The translations under genes were made by a program, and so were the position numbers. A stretch of 64,000 nt of DNA from contig CM022673.1 in assembly GCA_012295275.1 (NCBI GenBank), positions 14,446,001 to 14,510,000 of the forward strand. Reading direction: 5' to 3'. Below, piece after piece: positions 1 to 13,943 of this stretch. Below the pieces are notes generated by a model that was given only the letters and a program-made list of their open reading frames with translations, was not told the origin of the DNA and did not search any database. Each line of letters opens with the position of its first letter. The first letter of the stretch is position 1. The DNA comes from Chrysomallon squamiferum (lineage: Eukaryota; Animalia; Mollusca).

Positions 1-642
1 TGATCATTTGCAATATGATTTGTTTAATTTTAAATGTGTTGTTTTTTGTAAATTTGCTTTGCTTTTGAAAGGGTTTTCTTTTTCAAGTATTTAATATTTA
101 AAAAGGTTTAATTTCATCATAACATTACAAAGTTATTTTTAACTTAAATATTCGAGCACAAGGAAATCTTCAGGTATTAGTACTTGGGCATATGCTGGCA
201 CTATATTTATTGTGTTTGTTAATTTGTGCAATGCAGTTATAACTTTTTTGCTTCTGTTGCATTTTCTACTTAATGTTTTTTGATTGTTGTTCTTTTTTAT
301 TAAGAAAAGAAATGAAATATATGTACATAGTAAAATATATGTATATGAAAATTTAAATGCTTTGTGAGGTTTTTTATATTTTGTTCAGTGAATTAATATT
401 CACATTTGAAATTTATAAACAGAAAATCTTAGAGTGAATACAAAAATAAGAAAAAATATTAATTAATTTCTTGTCATTAAAATTATTGTTTTTAGTTTAC
501 TTAATTTATACATGTATTTCTAAAAAAGTGTTGATTGAATTGCTGTCAGTATGCTAATAGGATTTTTGATAAACTATTCTACCAAAAAATAATAATTAAA
601 AATAATAATAATAAAAAAAGAATTAGTAACTAAAACATTAAT

Positions 643-679
<37 letters not shown>

Positions 680-1052
680 ATGATGAAAATTAATTTTGAA
701 ATATTAGAATTAAATCCACTGAACGTTTTTTTTTGTTATTTACGTTTTAGGATAAAAGTTATTACTTTTGGGGGTATTTATTTGTTAGTTTATGTATTTA
801 AAATTATTTTCTAAAGGAGACTGATATGGTTTTATATGCTTGCACACTATACTCTGTTTTATTTGGTTATACACTGAGATTTTGAGATTTTCTTATTATT
901 ATTATTTACCTACATGATTGTGTTTATTTGGTTACAATGGCAATGCCAGCTAGAAACATCTGACAGCTGAGTCAACTGTAACTCTGTTACTATGAAACAG
1001 TCATTTATCTCTAGCTGGTAGAAACAATTGTCTTTTAAAGACTCTGTACAGT

Positions 1053-1475
1053 TTAAAGGCACCAAGTCCTGATTTGTTAAACCTATTCCAGTCATTTCAG
1101 AATAATCAACACAGCTGGAAAATCACTTTTTATAAGTATCTTATTTTTCATTATTTATAATTCTGTCTTATTTAGGTTACCATTTCTTTTTTTTTTTTTT
1201 TTTTTTTTTATACCACTGCTTACACTGAGCTATGTATGATTTCATTCTCACCTTGGTGCATGTGCTTTATATGACAATCATTTCTCTTCTCAGCTGGAAG
1301 AAGGAACAGAATCCTGGGTGGGAACTTGTTTAAAACACACAGCTTTTTCTGATGAGACAGACCCACAGCTAAAACATATTTACTGTTATTCTACAAGACC
1401 TTGTTCAGTATTAGTATATTATAAGGAAGATATTTTCTTATTTCAGTTGTAATTTCAGTGAAGTGGTGCCTTTAA
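1053..1475. mobile_element. Non-autonomous DNA transposon (MITE), Kolobok-like
   Basis: tttaaaggcacca (1052-1064) is the exact reverse complement of tggtgcctttaaa (1464-1476). This reads as a TTAA target-site duplication (1053-1056, 1472-1475) around an AGG...CCT-ended 415-bp element. TTAA TSD with RR...YY termini is the established Kolobok signature. Confidence 0.55.
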
Positions 1476-2196
1476 AATACGTCTTCCTTACTCTGTTCTT
1501 ACTGATCCAGCACCTCAGAGTTTAGTTTTTTTGAATTTATTTTTATTTCTTTGTTCAGTCACGTACAGATATCCAGTGTGAGAATGTAGCTGATACAATT
1601 GATGGTCGTTCAATATGAGACTGGAATCTTGTAATAATCTTCTTTAAAAGTGTTTTAAAACTTTTATCTTGTTTCCCTTTCCCCTCTTTCTGTGACACAC
1701 ACACAGTCTCTCTCTCTTAGACTCACACACAAACTTTTTCTTTCTTTTACACTCATGCGCTTACTGTCTTTTAATTTATTTATTTTTTTTTGTTATTTTT
1801 TTTAATTTGTGTGGGTATATTTCTATGTAAAATAAAAAAATATATTTTTCTAATTGTACATTGCAGTTGGTTTTGTAAATGTTTGGCTTGCTGTTTTGTA
1901 CATACACTTGTATATAAACACAACAAAATTGTTGCTGTATTGGTTGTATTTAAACAGGGTTTTTTACTTTTCACCATTTGCTCATAGATTTTCTGATGCA
2001 CCACTAGATTTTACATGATTCACTTTGATATCTCTGTCTCTACCTACCTCTGTGACACCACATTTCAACTGTTACAGACAAGCTTTTAGTAACCTTCTCT
2101 TTTACTGGTTTATCAAGCAGAAGCCACTTGTTTCTATATATTGTCATTGTTCAGTTTCATATAACTAATAAACTGTTGATTTATGACCTAGTATCT

Positions 2197-2236
<40 letters not shown>

Positions 2237-2479
2237 CATTATAAAAATGTAATTTTTATGTTGACATCTTAATCCTGATTTAAAAAAAAAAAATGTCGGA
2301 AATGCATAATTTTCACTTTTAAATAAAATCAGATTATTATTAATGAATTGCTCTATTTCATTAAACTGTTTTCAAAACAGGTATTTTGACATGGGTAAGG
2401 GAGATAAATCATTGTTTGTTTACTGTGGAGATTATGAACATAAATACTTAAACAGAAAACTATTTAGATTCAACTTTGT

Positions 2480-2920
2480 ACCAGATAACTTTTCATAGCC
2501 TGTTGAAAAGTAGATAATTCTCTTAGCCAAACAAATACTAGACAACTCTTCTTAGTCTATTGAATATTAGATAACTCTTCTTAGCCTATTAAATTAGATA
2601 ACTTCTAAGCTTGTTAAATACATGGTAACTTATTAGCCTACTAGATAACTACCTAAATGCTACCTGGACAAATATTCCCAGTCATTTGAATACAACATTT
2701 TCTCATTTATTTAAATGCTAGATATTCTGTCATTTAAATGTTGTTTAATACTATGTATGTTTTCAAACTTAAATAGTATATACATGTTCTCATTTGTTTA
2801 AATACTAGATATTTACCCTCTCATTTAATTACTAGCTATCTTTCCTGTTATTTGAATACAAGATATCTCTATAGTTACTTAAGTAGAAGATGTTTTCAGT
2901 TATTTGAATAAAAAAATTTT
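2480..2920. repeat. Degenerate ~30-bp minisatellite
   Basis: Recurring tagataactct(t)cttagcctatt(g)aa and tagatat...tcattt..ttaaata units, strongly decayed. Boundaries approximate. Confidence 0.55.
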
Positions 2921-5004
2921 GTTTTTTTCATTTAAGTTCTGTCTTTTACAAGTCAGACCTGTAATGTTAACATATTCTGATTTCAAGCATTTAAAAAAAA
3001 ACCTCTTTTTCAAAAAGTAGATAATGATTTCAGTTCTCAATTTCAAAATGATGCAATTTTGCATTCTTTTTTTTTTTTATTCTGTTATTTTTCCATTAAA
3101 AAATAGGAATATGTTTTGTTAGCTTGATTCTTCAGTTTTCTACAATGTACAATTTACATGAATTAATAATAAAAATATAAATACTGTTTATTGTTGTGTT
3201 TAATTTGTTTGACTTTAAATTCTCAAACAGATTTTTTTCTTCATTTTCATTTTAAAATCAAACACACACACCAATCCCTACAGCTTGACCAGTTGAAATC
3301 ATGATGTACTTTTGGCATCGCCCACAATCATTGGAACCAGCCTATGTAACAGCATATCACTGAAAAATCACCTGATGATTTTGCACATAAAGGCAGATTG
3401 TACAGTTTGGATATGATACCTGTAGGCAATGCATTTTATTGTGATGGCAACAAGTGTATAATTTTGGCAAATTAATCCCTCCCCCCAAAAACCGGTATAG
3501 CTGAGATCAGAAGCACATTAAAAATAAAGATAAAAATAAATAAATTATTAAATAAATAAAAATAAAAACAAAAACAAATAAATAATGGATCATGGAAGTA
3601 AGAGCCTCCCAGCGTTGTGGTTCGAATGCATTTGTAAATTTTCAAAAGTTATAAAAATAATTAAACACCCCTTAATGTTTTGCTCAAACTTTTCATTTCT
3701 TTTTTATATAAAACAGCCGTCATTTTATCAGAATTAAATATAATGTGAAAAAGCGTTTTCCAATATCAACATTTCAAAATTTCTTGAAGCTCATTATCAA
3801 ATTCTGGTGGCCCTGGATACACAAACACACGCAGTAAATAGTAAATTTTTCATTGTTGTGGACAATTGTAACAAAATTCACGAAAGACTGAGTCGGTTAG
3901 AAGCTTAATACTTTTTTTTTGTTTTAATTTTTTTTTTTTAAGTTTTAGCAAAATTGGTGTCAGTTTCCGAACCGTGTCGCAGTTCTGAAGACCGTGTGTT
4001 TCCTAGTTCTGTAATTATGTCAGTCACAGATACATTTTTTACTATATCATATATAATGCTTTGCCAGAAGAATAAACCCAGTTTTGTTTAATGAAACATA
4101 TTAATAAATATATTTGTCCTGTGACGTTCAGCGAAGTAAACTGACAGCTAAGATGCCATTAAAACGTTAAGCTAAATAATAATAATAATAATAATAATGT
4201 GTGTGTGTGTGCGTCTGTGATAAAATACTTGTAGACGCATGAGTGACTCCACATGAGTTCAACTTAGGCAAATTTTGACATCCCCAAAATAAAAAAAACA
4301 TAAACAAAAATAATAAATAAATAATTAAATAAAAGGAAATGCATGTAGATGCATGAAATTTATTCCACATGTTCGGCATCTGATGCAATATGTCACGTGG
4401 CTACACAACTGCCAACTTGGAAAACTGAATTGGTCCATTGAGAGATTCACTTGGCAACTTAGCACACTGTACTAAATCGGATGGGTAATTGCACATTATG
4501 ACGCAATAGATAGGGGTTTTTTTTGTTTGTTTTTTGTTGTTTTTTTGATAATGATTTCACTAAAAAATTAAAAATAATTAATAAATAATAAATAAATAAT
4601 AAATAATAATAAATAAAAGTCCGATATTTAACACCTTTCAGAAATAAACAAAAATTCACCCAACAGTATTCGTTCAGTCATTCAAAAAAAAAAAAAAAAA
4701 AGAACTCGGTTAGTCTGTATTTTTCGTTTACAATGACACAGCAATAAATTTACGATAACGAGACAACAGTTCTGTGACATTCACAGCTCCTTTTTTTATA
4801 TATGTTATACATGCATATTATTATATTTTATTTTTTATTATTTATTTTTTTGCATTTTATATACATATATATATATATACATTCATACATACATATATTT
4901 ATATATCTGTTCATCATCAATATTAGCAACAAGCGTTATTAATTTTGAAATCTGATTATTGATCTGCTATTTTTACGACAGAAGTAACATTACTACCAAG
5001 ACAA

Positions 5005-5075
5005 GTCACGACGTCCAATCCAATGATACATAACAGGTACTCAAAATGCGCCACACATCCTAACCAATCACGTCG
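5005..5075 (+). promoter_or_regulatory. Putative proximal promoter of ceramide synthase (CCAAT boxes with adjacent TCACG motifs)
   Basis: CCAAT at 5015-5019, 5020-5024 and 5064-5068, with gtcacga and atcacgt next to them. Lies 90-150 nt upstream of the ATG in a locally CpG-retaining stretch. Confidence 0.4.
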
Positions 5076-5157
5076 TTCAAAGTTCACGATCAAAACACCC
5101 GATAATGTCAATGTAAACTTTTACATGAGGAATATTTTACATTAACACCGTCGAAAC

Positions 5158-5904
5158 ATGGCGACTTACTTCAGAGCAGCTAACGATATATTTTGGAGTC
5201 CGAGTTTTTGGCTGCCTGAAGGATTCCAATGGAAAGATTTAGAGCCGCAGGATAGTGACATCTACTATCCTCGAATTCAGGACATAAACTGGTGTGTCCT
5301 TGTAGGCGTTCTTTTTCTCGTTGTGCGCTATGTTTACGAAAGGTAACGTCTATTTAAAGTATTTTGTTTTGATCAGTAAATACCAGTGAATACAGAATAG
5401 TAATGTTATTGCTGCAGCTCGAGTCACATGCCTCATTTTATGCCTGTGGTCTAGTAATATTGTGTTTTGGGGGATTTAAAAAAAAATTAATAAAGGTTTC
5501 AGTGATACTGAAAATGATAAAAAATATTTAACTTGGTCACAGAAGTCACACAAATATAGCAACAGGTGATTGTCATATCTAACTTAACATAAACAAATTG
5601 TATGATATATTTAAAAAAATTTTTTTAATGATTTATGGACTAACTGACAATTGATTTTATAAATATTAATTTTGTGATATGCAGTATATATATGTTTATC
5701 TTGTGTTGAGATAGTCATAAAAAGCTTAACAGATGGACATGTATGTATGTTTTTATGTAATAGTAATTATTCAATAATAATAATAATAATGTGTGTGTGT
5801 GTTTATCTATCTATAGATGTATATTTACATACATACATACATGTCCATCTGCAAAGCCTTTTATAACTTTATCTCAACAAAAGGCCCATAAAAAAACCAT
5901 AAAA

Positions 5905-5951
<47 letters not shown>

Positions 5952-8047
5952 GGCTAACAGATTTTAATACAAGTGGCAGCATTGTATATGCATGGAAGCT
6001 TCTGATGGTAATATTATTTACTGCTATTTCCCTAATGATCATTATGGTGGTAATATTATATACTTCTATTTCTCTAATGATCATTATGATGATAATATTA
6101 TATACTGCTATTTTTCTGATGATCATTATGATGATAATATTATATACTGCTAAGTTTCTAATTATCATTATCGATTATGATGGTAATATTATTTACTGCT
6201 ATTTCTCTAATGATCATTATGATAGTAATATTATATACTGCTATATAATGGTGGTAAAATTATTTAAAAGACTTAAAACATTTGCTTTTTCTCTTGCACA
6301 TGTACTTAGAGATACAGATACATACAACCATCCAGAAAGTCCTATCCCAAACCAGTGAGACACTGTGATAATATACACTTATACAGTATTACTGGTTTAT
6401 AATAATATGTTATTATTATTTAAATTAAACAAACCTAGTAAAATCTGCTGTTGTACCCTTACAAGTTTGTTTGACATTTTGTTTTTATTTCAGGGTTTTT
6501 TTCTGACAGGTAGATATTTTTTTTATATGAGTATTCAGATATAACTGTATGCACATTTTAAACAATCAAAAATATTTTTTTTTAAAGTTTTGCTGTCAGT
6601 TTCAAAGTGATTGTTTTGTGGAGTAGATCATTTTACCAGGTTCAGTTTTGTTTACTTATGGTGGTAAAAACAAACATCTTTGAAATTAACTGAAGAAACA
6701 TCAGTGTTCATTGGTTCATCCAGTTTTTGGTGACACCATGTTTATAGAAAAATATTATTTAACTTAGTCACAAAAATACCATAGCAACAGGTGATTGTCA
6801 TGTCTAACTCAACATAAATATTTACAAGTGATCCTTCCATTTTTGTTTTTTAAGTGTAACAGTTTGTTATACTTCATTAATAATTAATATAAGATGGTTA
6901 AATACCAAATTAAACTTAAATCAGAAGTATATACATACTGGTTCTTATGTCACCAAAGATATTTCAAAATATACCTTATGTTACGAGAAAAATAATAAAG
7001 TATAGTAAAGTTTCTGATTATCAGTTCATGACTAGTGGGTGTCTTGGTGACCAGTGTTCATTCTGGCTAGCTGTTTACTTTGAAAACAAGCAGTACACTC
7101 AGTCTGCAATGTTCAATACCTACTAATATCTACTCTTGAATTAGCTGCTAGTGCTGCCTGTGTTGTACGCCTGTATTGGCTTACACAGAAAGACATAACA
7201 CATAACTAAACAAACACACCATCACAAAGCCTCTGTTTACTGCACTGATCAAAATGTGAATGCTTGGCTGCCACTTGAACGACTTCTACCAAGCTACTCA
7301 ATGTGTTGTGATCCCCATAAAATTGCTCACAGTATAATGAAGTATTCTTTTCATGTGTTCAAGTACACAAGACATGTTTTCATATGAGAACTTTGTGAAA
7401 AGTTAAATATAAACCATTAATTTCAAAGATGTATTAATGGCTGTCACTTCATTTTTTTACTTTTTCTTTTTCTCTCTCCTTCCCACTTTCAGTCTTTTCT
7501 CTATTTCTCTTTTTCTTTTCTCTGCCTCTTTCTCTTACTCTGTCATTCTGTCTCTGGTTTTCTCAGTCTTTCTTTTTTCTGTCTCTTTTCTCTGTCTCTA
7601 TTTCACTCTCTCTTGTCATACTCTTATATTTTCTTTCTTCATGTTCATTCTTTCTCTCTGTCACTGTGTAAGGTACACATGTACTGATAAACAGTCTACT
7701 AATGTAATCAGCATTAAACTCTTCTTCGCCTCATGTTCAGAGATAAGTTTAACCTTTGACCTCTACAATAAGTTATAACATTTCACTGTTTGGTGATAGA
7801 GAAATCAACCTGATCTGTCTGCAGTGCAACCAGGTAAAATTAACCTGTAAAGAGGCAAACTCAGGTAGACAACAGGTGTGATTGTATACTTTAACCTGTG
7901 AAAACAAAGGTCTAGACATTTATCTGTCTTTTTTTTATTTTTTTTTTTTTTATTTGTGTAAAAAAAAAAGTGTTTTGTTTACTATGAAATTTGACCTACA
8001 TAATTACCCCAGTTTCACCATGCTTTCTTTGTCATGTGAAATGAAAG

Positions 8048-8079
<32 letters not shown>

Positions 8080-9439
8080 TACAATTGAGTCTGCATGATA
8101 ATTAAAAGGAAATAGATATAAGTGAATCTGAGTATAATAATAATAATAAATAAATAAAAAAAAAAAAAAAATGGAAAACACCTTCACCCATTTCTGAATC
8201 AGCACACTTGCTGAGAATCTCTTATTGCTAAGAAGCACAAGTGGACAAATAATTAACAGTTACTGTACAGTTTAACATTAAATGTCTTTTATGTGTATTT
8301 TTCAGATTTGTAGTTGAGCCATTAGGAAGATGGATGGGTGTGAAGGAAACAAAGAAGAGAGTGACACCAAACCCAGTACTGGAGTCTGCATACTTGAGAA
8401 ACAGAGGCAGAAGCAGCCATGATAAAATAGTTGTAAGATTATTAATATTTATTTTTTATTTATTTATTTATTATTTAGTTATTTATTATTTAGTTATTTA
8501 TGTTTCACTTATTTCATTGTTTAATTAGTTATGTCTGTCTTCCTTTTTTTCATTTATTATTTAGTTATTTAATATCTTATTTTTTTCACTTGTTATTTAA
8601 TTATTTAATATATTACTTTTTTCCTTGTTTATTTAGTTACTTATATCTTACTTTTTTTCTGTTGGTTAACTTTTAAATTTTATTTTTTTCCTTGTTTACT
8701 TTTATTTATTTTGTTCAGGTTTTGGTTCAGTTGTTAGAGAACTTGCATTATGAGTTATGAATTGCATTATAGTTTTCTGTACTGCTCTATTCTATCGGGT
8801 TCTGACCAGGGTATCACTATGTTTCTAAAAGTTATTTCTTTTGTCCAGTCTCTGAGAAGGTGCTTAGTAAATATTCTTAAATAATACCAGAACAACATAG
8901 TGGGTGTCCTCCTGTGTTCAAAACAGAAATAACAGATGTTTCTGTACAAATGGTAAACAGAAATAACAGATGTTTCTGTACAAATGTTAAACAGAAATAA
9001 CAGATGTTTCTGTACAAATGTTTAACAGAAATAACAGACGTTTCTGTACAAATGTTTAACAGAAATAACAGATGTTTCTGTACAAATGTTAAACAGAATT
9101 AACAGATGTTTCTGTACAAATGGTAAACAGAAATAACAGATGTTTCTGAGAAAACAAAAAAACTTTGACCTAAGCATTGTTGATTAAATAATTTCAGGCT
9201 CTAACTAAGCAGACAGATCTAAGTGAGAAAGAAATACAGAGATGGTTTTACAGGCGCAGATTTCAAGATGCTGCCACTCCCATGCAGAAACTGTGTGAAT
9301 GCAGGTTTGTTGTTACTTCTTTTACACAGGGTGTGTTATTAATACTTCTAACTTCACACATACTTGCTTTAGTGTGTTGTTAACTAGGTAAATAAAACAC
9401 ACATAACTCAGAGGCCTGTACATGTTCATGCTAGCAGAT

Positions 9440-9489
<50 letters not shown>

Positions 9490-11286
9490 GGGAGAGAGAG
9501 AGAGAGACTGACCCATATAGTGATTAATATACAGATAAATCAAAAGCATAGTTTCTATATTGGTAATATAATCTAACTCATGATTGAATGTTGTATCAAT
9601 AACTGTCATCTGTTTATATCAAATTATCATTTTATTATTTTCTCTTTCTTTTTTTTTTGTTTTATTTATTTTGTTTTTAAATTATTATTATTATTTTATT
9701 TGTATTTTTAGTTTTGAAAAATTTGAATCCATGTTGATACTTGTCAGATGAATTTGTATTTGTCATAATCTGAATTTCATCAGTGTATTATGATAGAAAG
9801 CTCATTATCATCAGATTTTTATTCTGTAGAAAAGCTTTGCCCTGAATATTTTTGATATGAGCATAAAATTGTGAACATCCTACCACAGTACAAAAGCACA
9901 ACACTCTCAGAAAAAAATTAAAAAAAATTGTATTCTTGTTTCTTCTGATCTAACAGTAAAATACAAATATTATTATTATCATTTTTATTTGTGTAAATGA
10001 AAATATAATGAATTACTTATTAAAAAATGAATTTTTATACAGATCATAAATATTTAAAATTCATCTTAGTATTTTAAAAATATTTCTTAGTATTTTAAAT
10101 ATATAGCTTATTATTTTTGTTATTATTATTATCCCATATATTTAGTAAAATATTGAAATTTGTATTTTAAGTTTTTATTATTTTACTTTCCAGCTGGCAT
10201 TTGCTTTTTTATCTTACTTCATTTCTTGGTGGACTGTATGTGTTATGGGATGTGAGTTTTTAATACATAAGCAAAAAATAACTTTATTCATTGAACTGTT
10301 AATAAATTTAATTATCTGAGATCTTCAATTTTTCCTTGATTCAGTTAACTGTAATAATTACAAATAATATACAACCCACATTTGTGCATGTTTCCAGTTT
10401 TGACAGATCTAGTTTGCTAGATTGATTTCTGTTAGTTCCTAGATTTGTGTGTGAGAGGTAGTGGTATGGAGTCAGATGCTTGTTGGAAAGGTTTTATTAA
10501 ATATCCTGTAATGATAAAAGAAATAAATATGGGATGATTCCTCTGCAGATAGCCAAATATTATATGCCCCCATTAAATCATGATACGAAATAATTTATTA
10601 CACTGGTGTCTTTATGAAATATAAAATAATTTAATAATATGTTGACTTTAAATCATTATTTTTTTCTGTGACAAATAAAAAAAAAAAAAAAAAATATATA
10701 TATTTAAAACTTTCTTGCCACATATTTCTAGAACTAACTAGATGTTGTTTATTAATTACTGCACTAAACTAAATTGTTTGGTTTCATTTCAGAAAGACTG
10801 GTTCTGGAAGTCGAAATATTGCTTCATCAACTGGCCTTACCAGGTTTGTGTTTTTTTTTTAAGTCCTACAGTGTAACATGTGTGATGTTCTCTAGATTTT
10901 GCTTTTAGTGTTGAAAAAAATGTTAATTTTTATTGCAGAATGTTGGCAACGACTTGTACCTCTACTACTTGTTAGAACTGGGTTTTTACTGGAGTCTTCT
11001 GTTCTCATCTCTCTATGATGTCAGAAGAAAAGTAAGTGATTCTTATTCACTGTAATTCAGATAGGAATAGATAATGTTGAAACACATAAAAGAAACAGCA
11101 TCTACATTTAAAAAAAAAATTAAAATTAACAATTCTTAGTGTTCCATATTAGTCTTTTTAATTAAACAAATATTGATATCATTAAGAAGAATAGTATATA
11201 TATAGTCTGCCAACAGGCTTTTTACATGCATCTTAGTTGCTTCTTTTATTTCAGTAACAGTTTTGTGTGTTTTTGCTTTTCAAATC

Positions 11287-11327
<41 letters not shown>

Positions 11328-12541
11328 CAGATAGACAGATAGACAAACAGACAGACAGACAGACAGATAATAGATAGATAGATTGTAAATTTAAACACTT
11401 ATTTGTTTCAGGATTTCTGGGAGATGACGATACATCATGTAATAACAATAAATCTGATTTACTGGTCCTGGGTCATCAACTTCGTCAGAATTGGAGCCCT
11501 TGTCATCATCGTCCACGACATGTCAGACTACTGGGTTGCTGTATGTATAAACAGTTTATAATCACTATTTCATGATGTGACTGGGTTGCTGTATGTATAA
11601 ACAGTTTATAATCACTAATTCATGATGTGACTAGGTTGCTGTATGTATAAACAGTTTATAATCACTATTTCATGATTGACTGTATGTATAAACAGTTTAT
11701 AATCACTATTACATGACATCACTGGGATGCTGTATGTATAAACAGGTTATAATCACTATTTCATGACATGACTGGGTTGCTGTATGTTGCTGTTTATAAT
11801 CACTATTACATGACAGTTTATAAAACAGGTTATTTCACTATTTCATGACATGACTGGGTTGTTGGGTTGCTGTATGTAACAGTTTATAATCACTATTTCA
11901 TGACATCACTGGGTTGTATATATAAAAACAGTTTATAATCACTATTTTATGACATCATCACAGTTTATAATCACTATTTCATGACATCACTTTGCTTATA
12001 TAAAATGGTTTATAATCACTATTTCATGACATTTGGGTTGCTAATATATAAACAGTTTAAATCACTATTTCAAAATAAAATGGTTTTAAAATTTGCAAAG
12101 AATGAAAAGTTCAACCAAAAAATTAAAATAAAATTTAATAAATAAATAAAGACTTTTTCTGAACCCTCAGCAGAAGACATCAATGATTGCTGGAGTTTAA
12201 CCACGTATATCACAGACAGATGTGATATCAACAAGAAGTTGTGACATTGTGAATATCAGTATTTAAATAATTTGAAACACCCAGAATTTAACTTAATCTC
12301 TGAAGTTCCAGGTAACAAATTACTTCATTAGTCTGAAGTTTATCTGGATATTTCTAACATTGATATAAAACTGACAGAGTTTGTTAATAAATGCAGCAAA
12401 CCAGAAATCTGATAGGTATGAAATAGTGATATACATATATACATATATATAATCACAAACACACACACTAAAAACATAAAGTCCTTTTTATGTCTGTAGA
12501 TACAAACTTACAACAGTGAACATCTGCCCTTGTGTTGAACC

Positions 12542-12598
<57 letters not shown>

Positions 12599-12713
12599 GT
12601 ATGTATACATATATGTATGTATGTATGTATGTAGGTGTGTGTGTGCATTAACATGTACATATATATATATGTATATTGATATACACATATACATGATATG
12701 TAAGTGTGTGTGT

Positions 12714-12749
<36 letters not shown>

Positions 12750-13899
12750 GGGAGTGAGTGTGTGTTCTTAATCTTGATTACAATTATCTGTTTGGATTAC
12801 CTGAGATTAGATGAACTGTAATAATTAATTATGTATATACTAGTTTGGTAATAATTGTTTGTTAAAATAAATGTTTAAAGAACAAACTGTATTTATTTTT
12901 TTATTTATGTTACAGCTGGCCAAGCTTGCTAAGTACACAAACAAACAAACTTTGTGTGAGTTATTTTTTGGAGTGTTTATTGTTGTGTGGACAATAACAC
13001 GTCTTGGGATGTATCCATACTGGTAAGTTGTTTGCATTTTAGTAATTCTAAACATCTGCAGACCTGATTTTTGAAAAAAAATTGCTACTTTTTATTTTAT
13101 TAAAAATGTTAATAACAAAAGAAAAAATGTACTAATGAATAAATTGTCCCTATAGGAATATTTGTCATCTGTTATCCTTTCTGGACAATTTCCTGTTCCA
13201 GTCATGGGTTATGAGTGTAAATCTATTTTTAACTTTATGTAACCATAATGGACATCATAAATGGACATCTAACAACCTGTTAAATGGTTTATGGTTTATT
13301 TCTGTACTGTTATTAAGATGAAATAGTAGATATATGTCATCTTTTTTTTTTTTTTTTTTTTTACATCTATGCTAAATTTTTCACTGATTTTAATATTTAC
13401 ATTTTTTTTTCTTTTTTTTTTCAGGGTTTTATATGCTGCTGTTATTGATATTCACAATTATGTGAAGCCGTTCAAAGTTCACAGAATGTTTGTGTTTTTG
13501 TTGTGTTCTCTGCAGTTTCTTCACATTATCTGGACATTCATGATTTATAGAGTCGCTCTGCAGAAATTTAAATATGGATCTGTGAGTAGTCTGCCCATGT
13601 ATTGTAAATTATTTATTTCCTGTTCAAACGTCTGCCCACAACTTGCACATGTGTAATGTACTGACTGTGGATGATCTTGTGGAAATGTAAAGTTTATGTG
13701 ACCAAATTTTTGACATCCAGCAGCCAGGAAGAGAAAATTAATCAATCAGACTTAACTTATTATATTTAGATGCCAGACTACACAATTTTAATTTTAAGAA
13801 GAAAGAACTTGTTACTAATACATTTTTCCTTAATTTAATATTTATTGTCTGTTCAAAATTTCATTTAACATATTTTAAAATCTTTTTTTTTGGAAAATA

Positions 13900-13943
<44 letters not shown>

